DNA of 64,000 bases, from assembly GCA_016928395.1 (NCBI GenBank), contig JAFGKV010000147.1, forward strand, positions 82,977-146,976, in the 5' to 3' direction. Below the pieces are notes generated by a model, which worked only from the letters and a program-made list of their open reading frames with translations, was not told the origin of the DNA and ran no database searches. Within the stretch, counting starts at the first letter, position 1; every line of letters starts with the position of its first letter. A program made the position numbers and the translations under genes. This DNA is from Candidatus Fermentibacterota bacterium (lineage in GTDB: Bacteria; JAFGKV01). Below are positions 53,956 through 63,281 of this stretch, one piece after another.

Positions 53956-56184
53956 TCACGCCAGGAGGTCGGCGTCTCCGTTGGAGCAGGTCAGGATGGT
54001 AGTGGGCAAGCCGTCGAGCATGCGGTTGAATCGATCGTAAAACGCGGAATCCGCGCCCTGTCTGGGGATCCCAAAGCCCAGGAAGACGACATCCGCGTCG
54101 GCGGAGTAACGCCGGAGCGCGGCTTCAACGGGACCGTCGGCCTTGGCGACCTGGAGATCGGCATCGATTCGACCACCTCTCACCAAGGCGTGCAGCTCTT
54201 CTTGGGCCTGGGGCGCCCCGTCCGCCTCCTCCACCAACCGGAGCACGCGGATGCGCGCATTCCGCCAGGCGGGATTGCGAGTCAGCAGATAGGCGAGAAT
54301 CACCATAAGGGAGCCGTTCTTCTGGCCGCGCCACCAGACATCGATACGAGAAGAAGCCTTCTGGGAAGACGGCAGTCCACGGTCAACAAGACAGAGAGCA
54401 CTCATGCCGAGGGTCCCGGCGGCGCGCAGCAACTCTCCGACAAGGGGTGCCCTCGTTCCTCGAGGAGGCCAGCCCAGCAGCAGGGTATTAGGCTTCAGGG
54501 GGCCGATGGAGTGGGCCTGCATGACGGTAAGCAAGCTTGTGTCGGGGTGCTGTGCGACGATGACTTCAGGGAACACATTGGGGTGGCGGCTCCGCACTTC
54601 AAGGGTCAATTCCCGGATCTGGTGTGACCTGCCATCGGCGCACGCCTGCAGTGAGCCCTCCATGACATGAGCCAGGGTGATCATTCCTCGGCCTGCCTCC
54701 AGCCACGCTGCGTACTGGGCAAGCGAAAGACGGGATTGGGGGTTCCCCGAAAGGACCAGAAGCGCCGGCCGCCAATTGCGGCGGTCAACGCCGAGGCGGG
54801 CCAACTGCCTGAGATTACGGCTGGTCAATCCGTAGAGGAACCCACGGCGGGCATCGCCGAAGGTGGCGGCCATGGAGTGCTGGCTTATGACAGCATGGAG
54901 CGCGGCGATGCACCCCGTCGCCACCGCGGCAGTGACCGCGTCGATCATGAACATGACCCAGACGCAGGCCATCGCGCCTGCCAGCGGTGCCGACCAATGG
55001 AGAACCCTGAACCGAGGCCGGAACGAAGGGTTTCCTCCGAAGGCCTCCACGAATGCCGCCAGGTTGATCATGCCGTAGGTGGCGAGGAAGAACATGGTGG
55101 TGATGCTGGCCAGGGTGTCGAAGGCGTCCAGAGACTCGCCGCGAGTGGCGAAGACGGCCACGGTTACGGCGATAAACACGGTGAGCCACAACGCGCGCCG
55201 GGGCTCATTGTTGATGCCATGACCACGGCCGAAAAACCCAAGACCGGGGATTACACTGTCGGATCCCAGGGCCTGCAGAATGCGGGGTGCGCCCAGCATC
55301 GAGCCGATGCCGCTGGAGAGGGTGGCTGCCAGAACGCCTCCCACCACCAGGAATGCGGTGCCCCAGAGCGCGTGGTCCAAGAGCGTGTGGTAGGGCCGGT
55401 AGATCAAATCATCCCTGTTCTGGGCGCCACCGCACAGGATGATCTCCAACCCGTACACCACGAAGCCGACGGCGATAGCGGAGAGGGTGCCGCGCACCAG
55501 GGCTTTGGCAGGGTCCTTCAGGTCTCCCGACATGTTCACGCCGGCAAGGATTCCAGTCACCGCAGGAAAGAAGACTGCAAACATGGTCCACAGATTCAGA
55601 TTCTGCGCCGCATAGCCCGGTCCCCAGTTGGCCGCGAAGCGCGCCTGGTCGAAACGGATCGCGGATCCCCCCAGCAATGACACGATGGCCAGACCTAGCA
55701 CGGCCATGACCGCGTATTGCGCACGCAACGCCCACCCGGCACCGACATAGTTGAGCACGAACACTGCGGTGGTGATGCTCAGTGCGACTGGTGCGAGCCA
55801 GGGGGCCAGAGCGGGGAATGTCTGGATCAAGGCCTGGGAGAAGCCCACCAGGTACAGCGGCACTGACACGGCCTGGGCCAGGTACAGCGTCAATCCAATG
55901 GCGCCGCCCAGTTGCGGCCCCAGCGTCCGGGAGATCATGAAGTAGGCGCCCCCCCCACCCACCGGCGTATTGGTGGCGATGGCGGCGATGGAGAGTGCGG
56001 TGAGCACCACGATGACTTCGGCAATGAAGAGGATAAGGAGCGCGCCGCCGATGCCGGCCTGGCCGGTCACATAGCCGGCCCGAAGGAACATGATCACGCC
56101 GAGGATGGTCAGGATAGAGGGTGTGAACACCCCCTGGAAGGTGCCGAACCTGCCGGGAGCGGCCGGCCGGCCCTCGCTCGTCAC
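53956..56184 (-). CDS. APC-superfamily transporter of the cation-chloride cotransporter (SLC12-like) type, with cytoplasmic C-terminal domain
   Basis: 12-TM amino-acid-permease-fold N-terminal half (FGTFQGVFTPSILTILGVIMFLR...) plus ~300-aa soluble C-terminal domain typical of bacterial CCC homologs. Confidence 0.8.
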   Translation of the reverse strand: MTSEGRPAAPGRFGTFQGVFTPSILTILGVIMFLRAGYVTGQAGIGGALLILFIAEVIVVLTALSIAAIATNTPVGGGGAYFMISRTLGPQLGGAIGLTLYLAQAVSVPLYLVGFSQALIQTFPALAPWLAPVALSITTAVFVLNYVGAGWALRAQYAVMAVLGLAIVSLLGGSAIRFDQARFAANWGPGYAAQNLNLWTMFAVFFPAVTGILAGVNMSGDLKDPAKALVRGTLSAIAVGFVVYGLEIILCGGAQNRDDLIYRPYHTLLDHALWGTAFLVVGGVLAATLSSGIGSMLGAPRILQALGSDSVIPGLGFFGRGHGINNEPRRALWLTVFIAVTVAVFATRGESLDAFDTLASITTMFFLATYGMINLAAFVEAFGGNPSFRPRFRVLHWSAPLAGAMACVWVMFMIDAVTAAVATGCIAALHAVISQHSMAATFGDARRGFLYGLTSRNLRQLARLGVDRRNWRPALLVLSGNPQSRLSLAQYAAWLEAGRGMITLAHVMEGSLQACADGRSHQIRELTLEVRSRHPNVFPEVIVAQHPDTSLLTVMQAHSIGPLKPNTLLLGWPPRGTRAPLVGELLRAAGTLGMSALCLVDRGLPSSQKASSRIDVWWRGQKNGSLMVILAYLLTRNPAWRNARIRVLRLVEEADGAPQAQEELHALVRGGRIDADLQVAKADGPVEAALRRYSADADVVFLGFGIPRQGADSAFYDRFNRMLDGLPTTILTCSNGDADLLA

Positions 56185-56885
56185 GGAGGGCTCACGGTGA
56201 ACGGGTGCGCACCACGCATCGCGTCCACAGCGGCGCGCCGATCTGGAGCACGGAACACCGACGTGCCTGCCACCAGAATGTCGGCCCCTGCCTGGGCCAC
56301 CTGCCGAGCATTGGCCGGCCCTATGCCCCCATCAACGGAGATGCAAAGGGCCAGTCCGTGGACGTCGCGCTGGTGCACTGCCCAGCGAATCCTCTTTAGG
56401 GACTCAGGCTGGAAACTCTGCCCGCCGAACCCGGGGTGCACGCTCATGATGAGCAGTTCGTCAACAGCGGGCAGCCACGGCTGCACCCGATGGGTCGGCG
56501 TCTCCGGATTGAGCGTGATGCCCACCCGGGCACCGGAGGCCTTGATATCCTCGATGGTCTCCACAGGATCGGTCAGGGTTTCGATATGCACCAAAATGGT
56601 GTCGGCACCGGCGTCGCGAAATGCGGAGATGTATTGGCTGGGTTCCGCAATCATGAGATGGCAGTGTAAAGGGAGCCTAGTCGCCCGTCGGACGGCCTCT
56701 ACCACCACGGGGCCGAAGCTGATATTCGGCACAAACACGCCGTCCATGACATCGAGGTGAAGGCCATCCACAAAGGGCTCCACATCGCGAATCTCGTCGG
56801 CGAGGTGCGCAAAATCGGCCGCGAGCAGGCTGGGATGGATTTCGATACGTCGCACTCCGCTGGTTGCTGACAGCTCACGACTCAT
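56181..56885 (-). CDS. rpe: Ribulose-phosphate 3-epimerase
   Basis: IHPSLLAADFAHLADEI...LHLDVMDGVFVPNISFG...HLMI; 4-nt overlap with the upstream transporter gene. Confidence 0.9.
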   Translation of the reverse strand: MSRELSATSGVRRIEIHPSLLAADFAHLADEIRDVEPFVDGLHLDVMDGVFVPNISFGPVVVEAVRRATRLPLHCHLMIAEPSQYISAFRDAGADTILVHIETLTDPVETIEDIKASGARVGITLNPETPTHRVQPWLPAVDELLIMSVHPGFGGQSFQPESLKRIRWAVHQRDVHGLALCISVDGGIGPANARQVAQAGADILVAGTSVFRAPDRRAAVDAMRGAHPFTVSPP

Positions 56886-57031
56886 AGTTCAGTACCCGTG
56901 CCCTTCGCCGGACCCCGAGGCAGTCGGCAGTCTGCGGTAGGCTGTCGGCAGCCCAGGCTGAACCCTGGACCCTGGGGGGTCCTCGCCCGCTGCGCACCGG
57001 TGAACTGCCCGAGGAGCGAGCACGACCGGCG

Positions 57032-57760
57032 TCACGACGCCAGCACCACGGAAAGGCTCTCCCCCCGACAGATTCGAAACCCCGCCGGCGGGGTGGTGGC
57101 GAATACGGTGCCTTCGGGAGCACCGGAATCTGGGACATAGGTTCGCCGGCCCAATGGGATACCATCGCCTCGGAGTCTCTGCACCACTTCACTGATAGGA
57201 CGCCCCACCAGATGGGGTACGATGTAGCACTCCGCCGCGTGTGGTCCCGCCACAAGGAGATGAACCTCGTCATCCACAAGCACGGACTGCCCTTCTGCCG
57301 GATGGGAGGCCAGCACTTGTCCGACGGATCCCCATCCGGCCTGGACCATGATGATGTCGCCGGTACGCAGTCCTGCCTGGGACAGCACCACCAGGGCTTC
57401 TCGGCAGCCCATCCTGGCCAGGGCCGGCACGGCCACTCTGGCGGGACCCGAGGCAAGAAACAAATGCACTGTCCGTGAAGGTTTGGCCGAAGCTCCACTC
57501 AGAGGCTCCTGACGAACCACGAAACCCAGCGGAAGTACCGGGTCAGGCTCGTGGCCCCCGATGACGGGGCGAAACCCCGCCGCGCGGAGGCTATCCGCCG
57601 CACTGGGATACTCAAAGCCTGTCACATCTGGAATGGGGCGTTCGCGGCCGTGCAGGACCAGCAGAGGCATCACCGTCTTGTCCATGGCGGCAAGACCCCC
57701 AAGCACCATGATGGCCGTGAGAACCACATACCACATGAAGTATCTGATCGCAGCCTTCAT
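57032..57760 (-). CDS. Membrane-anchored PASTA-domain protein (3 PASTA repeats)
   Basis: N-terminal TM helix, then three ~65-aa PASTA-like modules (PDVTGFEYPSAADSLRAAGF..., PALARMGCREALVVLSQAGL..., PHLVGRPISEVVQRLRGDGI...). Start taken at MKAAIRYF; the track extends 78 nt into fmt. Confidence 0.7.
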   Translation of the reverse strand: MKAAIRYFMWYVVLTAIMVLGGLAAMDKTVMPLLVLHGRERPIPDVTGFEYPSAADSLRAAGFRPVIGGHEPDPVLPLGFVVRQEPLSGASAKPSRTVHLFLASGPARVAVPALARMGCREALVVLSQAGLRTGDIIMVQAGWGSVGQVLASHPAEGQSVLVDDEVHLLVAGPHAAECYIVPHLVGRPISEVVQRLRGDGIPLGRRTYVPDSGAPEGTVFATTPPAGFRICRGESLSVVLAS

Positions 57761-58737
57761 GGGGATTCCCCTTTGCTCTCCCCGAATCCCGCTCCGGGCA
57801 GGACGTCGCCCACAGCGAGCCGTGCTCCCCGGAGCCACACTAGGGCCGGCAGCGGCAGTTTCCCCGGGCTCTGCAGTTCCAGCAAGACCAGCTCGCCGCT
57901 TCCGCAGGCGATCCTCACGCCTTCGCCTTCGCCTTCAACGACCGTGGCGCCCACAACCGTGCCGGGAGAATACTCGCTCTTGGCGCTCAGGGGAAACGAG
58001 CGAAGCACCTTCACCTCACGGCCGTGGCATTGGCACCATGCGCAGGGCCACGGTACCAGCGCCCTGACCACGCGGTCCAGGGCGAAGGCGTCGGTTTCCC
58101 ACCGCAGCATCCCGTCGAGTCTCCGAAGCTTGCGGGCAACAGGGGCGTCGCCGGGAGGCTGCGGGGTCAAAGTCAGCGAGCCGGTCTGCAGGTGGCGCAG
58201 GGCCTCCAGCATGACGACGGCGCCCGTCTTGGCCAACCGATGGGCCAGGGTTGCACCTGTTTCGCGATCGCAGACCGGTATGGTCTCGCTCAACGCCACA
58301 TGCCCCGTATCCACCGATGCCGAGATCTTGAACACAGAGACGCCTGTCATTCCATCGCCCGACAGTATGGTCCACGGAATCGGCGCCGCACCGCGCCATC
58401 TGGGAAGCAGCGATGGGTGAAGGCCGAAGAATCCGTGTCTCGTCCAGGCGAAGACGAAGGGTTTGAGAATCTCACCGAAATCGGCGACCACCGCCACATC
58501 GGCGCCGAGAGCCCGGAACTCAGGCTCGAATGAAGGGACGGAAACCCGGATCGGGCGAAGAAGGGGCCACTCGCCCGCCATGGCCCATAATGCGGCAGGG
58601 GAGGGTGTAGCGATGCGGCCTCTCCCGTGGGGACGATCAGGCCGCGATACCACGCCTGCCAGGCGATGCTCGCTATCGGCGATGGCATCCAGAAGCGGGA
58701 TGGCGAAGCTGCCCCCGGCCAGAACCGCAACGTTCAC
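57757..58737 (-). CDS. fmt: Methionyl-tRNA formyltransferase
   Basis: Formyl_trans_N motifs (HPSLLPRWRGAAPI), C-terminal domain; directly downstream of def. Confidence 0.9.
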   Translation of the reverse strand: MNVAVLAGGSFAIPLLDAIADSEHRLAGVVSRPDRPHGRGRIATPSPAALWAMAGEWPLLRPIRVSVPSFEPEFRALGADVAVVADFGEILKPFVFAWTRHGFFGLHPSLLPRWRGAAPIPWTILSGDGMTGVSVFKISASVDTGHVALSETIPVCDRETGATLAHRLAKTGAVVMLEALRHLQTGSLTLTPQPPGDAPVARKLRRLDGMLRWETDAFALDRVVRALVPWPCAWCQCHGREVKVLRSFPLSAKSEYSPGTVVGATVVEGEGEGVRIACGSGELVLLELQSPGKLPLPALVWLRGARLAVGDVLPGAGFGESKGESP

Positions 58738-59249
58738 CCCGCCGACCTACCGGTCTCCTTGATCCTCTCCAGATCCTCCGCGATGGCCCGGCGCTGGCGC
58801 GGCGAGATCCGGTCTACCAGAAGCACACCGTCGAGATGATCCAATTCGTGCTGCAGCGCCACTGCCAGCATATCCGATGCCTTGACTACCTGGTGCTGCC
58901 CCGCAAGATCCACATACCTGACCTTGACATGCGTCGCCCGGCGCACCTCAACCCAGATACCGGGGAGGCTCAGGCACCCCTCTTCCAACGCTGACTCCCC
59001 CCAGGCCACTTCCATCATGGGGTTGACTAGCACCAGGTCCTCGCCGGACTGAGTCATACGCCGATCCACCACCGCTACGCGGAGATCGACGCCGATCTGG
59101 GGCGCGGCAAGGCCGGCGCCATCGGCGTCACGCATGGTGTCAATCATGGTAGTGACAAGCTCACGAATCTGGGGGTCTGACTGGTCTGCAGCTCGAGTTC
59201 GTTCTCTCAGAACCTGGTCACCCCACACTCTAATCGGGACTACGCTCAC
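58734..59249 (-). CDS. def: Peptide deformylase
   Basis: GLAAPQIG, EGCLS, HELDHLDG metal-binding motifs. Confidence 0.9.
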   Translation of the reverse strand: MSVVPIRVWGDQVLRERTRAADQSDPQIRELVTTMIDTMRDADGAGLAAPQIGVDLRVAVVDRRMTQSGEDLVLVNPMMEVAWGESALEEGCLSLPGIWVEVRRATHVKVRYVDLAGQHQVVKASDMLAVALQHELDHLDGVLLVDRISPRQRRAIAEDLERIKETGRSAG

Positions 59250-59596
59250 TCCTCCTTACCCCGTTCCAGTACGGCCTGCACCGAGGCCAGTTGGAATTCA
59301 GCTTTCACGGTTTCTCCCTGGCGGGATCCGTCGGCAATCTTCAACACGACCGTGGTCTCCTTGACGCCCACCACGGTGCCGTACATCCCGCCCGAGGTCA
59401 GCACTCGGTCACCCTTCTTGAGCGATTGGAGCATTGCCGCGTGCTTCTTCTGCTCCTTCTGTTTGGGCATCACGATCAGGAGGTAGAAGAATGCGAAGAT
59501 CATCAGGAACGGCAGCATCTGAATCAGGAAGTTGGGTTGAGGCTGGGAGCCTTGAGGAGCGGAGCCGGCGCCGGCCATCAGGATCCATGGGTACAT
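59246..59596 (-). CDS. yajC: Preprotein translocase subunit YajC
   Basis: 116 aa; single TM FLIQMLPFLMIFAFFYLLIVMPKQKEQKK; LKKGDRVLTSGGMYGTVVGV. Confidence 0.85.
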   Translation of the reverse strand: MYPWILMAGAGSAPQGSQPQPNFLIQMLPFLMIFAFFYLLIVMPKQKEQKKHAAMLQSLKKGDRVLTSGGMYGTVVGVKETTVVLKIADGSRQGETVKAEFQLASVQAVLERGKEE

Positions 59597-59620
59597 GGTG
59601 CATTCCTTTCGTGAAAGGTG

Positions 59621-60751
59621 TCAGCGGCCAGGTATGGCCGATTCGTGGTGGTCACCTGCGCGGTAGTGTTGTAGGAAATCGGCCTTCCAGGGTCCGAAAC
59701 GCCCGCTGATGATCGAATCCCGGGCATCCCGCATCATGCGGACAAAGAACGATACATTGTGGAGGCTGACAAGCCGGGGGCCAAGAAGCTCACCCGATGC
59801 GAAGAGATGGCGGAGATACGCTCTGGAATACGTGGTACAGACCCGGCATGGGCAGGTCTCATCCAAGGGGCGTTCATCCATGGCATGTCGTGCGTTCTTG
59901 ATGATGACCTTGCCCCTTGCGGTGTAGGCAGTTCCGCGGCGGCCGTTTCTGGTGGGCACTACGCAGTCAAACATATCGATGCCGCGCGTGATTCCCTCAA
60001 CTAGATCTTCAGGCGGCCCCATTCCCATGGCATAGCGGGGCTTGTTCCTCGGCAGCAATGGAGCGATTCGTTCCATAATACCCATGGTCTCATCCCTTGG
60101 TTCGCCCACGGCTAGTCCCCCCAGAGCGATGCCCGCGAAGGGGAGGGCGGCCAGGGCTTCTGCATGCCACGCCCGGATGTCATGGTAGACCGATCCCTGG
60201 ACGATGCCGAACACAGCCTGGTCAGGGGATGCCCGGTCTAGGCACCGGCTCGCCCATCGCAGGGATAGTTGTGCGGATCGCTCCGCGTCTTCCCGGTTCA
60301 CTGGGTAGGGGGGGCATTCATCCAGCACCATGGCGATGTCGCTGCCCAAGGCGTATTGGATCTCCATGGCTTTCTCAGGGGTGATGAGGTGCCGAGATCC
60401 GTCCAGGTGAGACTTGAACTCCGCGCCGTTCTCATCAATGCGGCGCAAGTCGCCCAGACTGAGGATCTGATAGCCGCCAGAATCGGTCAAAATGGCGCGA
60501 TCCCACGCCATGAAACGGTGGAGACCTCCGAGGGCCGCGATCAGATCATGGCCGGGCCGAAGGTACAGGTGATAGGCATTGCCCAACACGATAGGGGCGT
60601 CCGTGCACCGGAGATCGTGGACATCCAGCCCCTTCACGGTGGCCTGGGTTCCCACCGGCATGAAAACCGGGGTCGGCACGTCTCCATGCGCCGTGTGCAG
60701 CACCCCGGCCCGTGCCGGCCCGTCCTCGGCGACCATGGTGAATGAGATCAC
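59621..60751 (-). CDS. tgt: Queuine tRNA-ribosyltransferase (tRNA-guanine transglycosylase)
   Basis: TAHGDVPTPVFMPVGTQATVKG; zinc site CPCRVCTTYSRAYLRHL. Confidence 0.92.
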   Translation of the reverse strand: MISFTMVAEDGPARAGVLHTAHGDVPTPVFMPVGTQATVKGLDVHDLRCTDAPIVLGNAYHLYLRPGHDLIAALGGLHRFMAWDRAILTDSGGYQILSLGDLRRIDENGAEFKSHLDGSRHLITPEKAMEIQYALGSDIAMVLDECPPYPVNREDAERSAQLSLRWASRCLDRASPDQAVFGIVQGSVYHDIRAWHAEALAALPFAGIALGGLAVGEPRDETMGIMERIAPLLPRNKPRYAMGMGPPEDLVEGITRGIDMFDCVVPTRNGRRGTAYTARGKVIIKNARHAMDERPLDETCPCRVCTTYSRAYLRHLFASGELLGPRLVSLHNVSFFVRMMRDARDSIISGRFGPWKADFLQHYRAGDHHESAIPGR

Positions 60752-61158
60752 ATGAGCCTCAGGGTCCGGGGTGCAGCAGGGCCTCCAAGGGCGCCCGCCC
60801 TCAGATGTTTCGGGGCTGAACGCATGCGCGATGATCTTTCGCCGTCGTGGGGGATGCGTCGTCGCTGGCGATATCGCTATCGGAATCGAAGGCCCATCGC
60901 CGATTCGCGTCCGGAAACGAGTGCGAGAGTGATTGCCAAGGGATTGCAGGATTTCCTGCTCTCAGACATGTCAGGTCAACGGTAGAGACACGCATGCACA
61001 CACTCGCATTCGCATTCACCGGCGTCACCGTTGGTGGTCTCGTCGTGTCGGAGCGCCTGGGTGACGCTTCCACGCGGTGGGAACGGCCTCAGCCGCGACA
61101 GAGCGAGGCGACCCTGACGAGCGCAGCGTCCCTGCCGTAGTCGATACGGGGATCACGG

Positions 61159-62181
61159 TCAGGAGAACAGCGACAATTCATCCGCCCGCGGCCGTTCTCT
61201 CATCAGGTGTGACGAAGCCAACTCGGTGGCCAGCCTCCCCCTGGGTGTTCGCTCAAGCAGCCCCTGCATGATCAGAAACGGTTCGTACACCTCCTCGATC
61301 GTGCCCGCTTCTTCACCCACCGCCACGGCCAAGGTGTTGAGACCCACCGGTCGCCCGCGAAACTTATCGATGAGCGTCAACAGGATACGCTTGTCCATGT
61401 CGTCGAGGCCGAGGTGATCCACGCCCTCGAGGTCCAGCGACTGGTCGGCGATCTCGCGGGTGATGGTGCCGTCACCTTTCACCTGCGCGAAGTCGCGAAC
61501 CCGGCGCAAAAGCCGGTTGGCGACACGGGGCGTACCCCGGGAGCGCCGGGCGACCTCAAAGGCTCCCTGTGGTGTCAAAGAAACACCCAGAATGCGGGCG
61601 GATCGTACCACCACTTGGGTCAACTCCTCCGCAGAGTAGAAGTCAAGCCGTTCAGCAATGCCGAACCGTTCCCGCATTGGCCGGGTGATCATGCCTGCCC
61701 TGGTGGTCGCCCCCACCAGGGTGAATGGTTCCAAGTTTATTCGCACGGACCGAGCGCGGGGCCCCTTGTCCAGCATGATGTCGATGCGGAAGTCTTCCAT
61801 GGCGGGATAGAGGTACTCCTCCACTACATGACTCAGCCGGTGCACCTCATCCACGAAGAGCACATCGCCACGTGTGAGGTTGGTGAGATGTCCCGCCAGA
61901 TCGCCCGGACGCTCGAGAATCGGGCCCGATGTGATCTGCAGGTCGGCGCCCATCTCCTGGGCGATGATGTGGGCCAGGGTTGTCTTGCCCAAGCCGGGGG
62001 GGCCGTAGAACAAGACATGGTCCAGGGCTTCCCCGCGTTCCTTCGCTGCTCGAACATAGAGGGAGAGCTTTTCCCGCACTCTTTCCTGGCCTATGAAATC
62101 GCTGAGTCGCCGGGGCCTGAGGGTCTCCTCAAATTGCAGATCCTCGTCGGTTGGGACACCGCTGGTCAGCCTGTCGCTCAT
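61159..62181 (-). CDS. ruvB: Holliday junction branch migration ATPase RuvB
   Basis: [19 protein letters not shown], Walker [12 protein letters not shown], sensor motifs; 340 aa. Confidence 0.95.
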   Translation of the reverse strand: MSDRLTSGVPTDEDLQFEETLRPRRLSDFIGQERVREKLSLYVRAAKERGEALDHVLFYGPPGLGKTTLAHIIAQEMGADLQITSGPILERPGDLAGHLTNLTRGDVLFVDEVHRLSHVVEEYLYPAMEDFRIDIMLDKGPRARSVRINLEPFTLVGATTRAGMITRPMRERFGIAERLDFYSAEELTQVVVRSARILGVSLTPQGAFEVARRSRGTPRVANRLLRRVRDFAQVKGDGTITREIADQSLDLEGVDHLGLDDMDKRILLTLIDKFRGRPVGLNTLAVAVGEEAGTIEEVYEPFLIMQGLLERTPRGRLATELASSHLMRERPRADELSLFS

Positions 62182-62777
62182 ACGGTTCCTTTCCGCCCGG
62201 AGATGGCCAGGGGTCGCAGGGCCGCTCGCACAACATCCTCGACTGACGTGTCAGGCCCGAGATCCGGCAGTACCTTCTCCACGGCCCGGGCAGCTACGTT
62301 CCGCGGATACCCCAAGCTCATGAGTGCTTCGGTGGCTTCCACAGACGGAAGCCCTGGGGCTCCTGCTGGCTGGAGGGCTGTCTCGATCTTGCCGGACAGC
62401 TCCATGATGATCCTGCCCGCCGTCTTGCGGCCTATCCCGGGAATTCGTGACAGCATGCCGGGCTCGCCCTTGGTGACGGCCTGGTTCAGCCCCTCCACCG
62501 ACGCGCCAGATAGCACCGTGCATGCCAATTTGGGCCCGACTCCCGCCACGGAGCGCAATAGGTTGAAGTAGGCACGTTCCTTCTCGCTGGCAAACCCGAA
62601 CAGGGTCATCGAATCCTCTCTGACCAGCAGCTCAGCCCAGAGCGCGGTCTTGGTTCCTGCAGTGACGCGGGAACTGGTGGAGACCGGGACCGTCAACCGG
62701 AAGGCAATGCCCCCCACATCAACCACCACTGCCATGGGCTCTACTTTGGTCACGACGCCAGAGACGCGATCAATCAT
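62178..62777 (-). CDS. ruvA: Holliday junction DNA helicase subunit RuvA
   Basis: [31 protein letters not shown]...; HhH motifs; overlaps ruvB by 4 nt. Confidence 0.9.
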   Translation of the reverse strand: MIDRVSGVVTKVEPMAVVVDVGGIAFRLTVPVSTSSRVTAGTKTALWAELLVREDSMTLFGFASEKERAYFNLLRSVAGVGPKLACTVLSGASVEGLNQAVTKGEPGMLSRIPGIGRKTAGRIIMELSGKIETALQPAGAPGLPSVEATEALMSLGYPRNVAARAVEKVLPDLGPDTSVEDVVRAALRPLAISGRKGTV

Positions 62778-63265
62778 CGGGTTTTTCCAATCCGCTCATC
62801 GAAGCGCATCCGCTGGGACCGGCACATCGCCACGGCCAGCGCATCGGTGCAGTCTGCGGGGATTTTCTCATCGCCCAGTCTCAGTAAACGGCGTACCATG
62901 AAGCCCACCTGATCCTTGGAGGCCGAGCCGCTGCCTGTCAACGCCAGCTTGACTTCGGCAGGCGAGTAGAGATGCACCCGGAGCTCACAGAGCGAGGCCA
63001 CGAGCAGTGCGATGCCGCGGGTCTGGCCGATGATCAGAGCCGTGCGAGGGTTCTTGCCGAAGAACCCGTCCTCCACCGCCATCTCGTGGGGATGCTCGCG
63101 CTCAACCACCGCCTGAAGTTCTGTGAAGAGGATAGCGAGTCGTTCGGAGAGGCCGAGTTGGGGCGACGTTCGTATCACTCCCCACACCCGTACCAGGCCC
63201 TGGGAACCCATCACGTCGATCAGCCCATAACCCGTGGCCGCCAAGCCTGCGTCGATACCCAGGAT
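62774..63265 (-). CDS. ruvC: Crossover junction endodeoxyribonuclease RuvC (start codon uncertain)
   Basis: Conserved TILGIDAGLAATGYGLID N-terminus is encoded upstream of the track's TTG start (63244). No ATG/GTG/TTG lies between the in-frame stop at 63302-63304 and the ILGID motif; candidates are ATC 63263-63265 or CTG. Confidence 0.75.
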   Translation of the reverse strand: MLGIDAGLAATGYGLIDVMGSQGLVRVWGVIRTSPQLGLSERLAILFTELQAVVEREHPHEMAVEDGFFGKNPRTALIIGQTRGIALLVASLCELRVHLYSPAEVKLALTGSGSASKDQVGFMVRRLLRLGDEKIPADCTDALAVAMCRSQRMRFDERIGKTR

Positions 63266-63281
63266 AGTGACCGCGGGGTTC

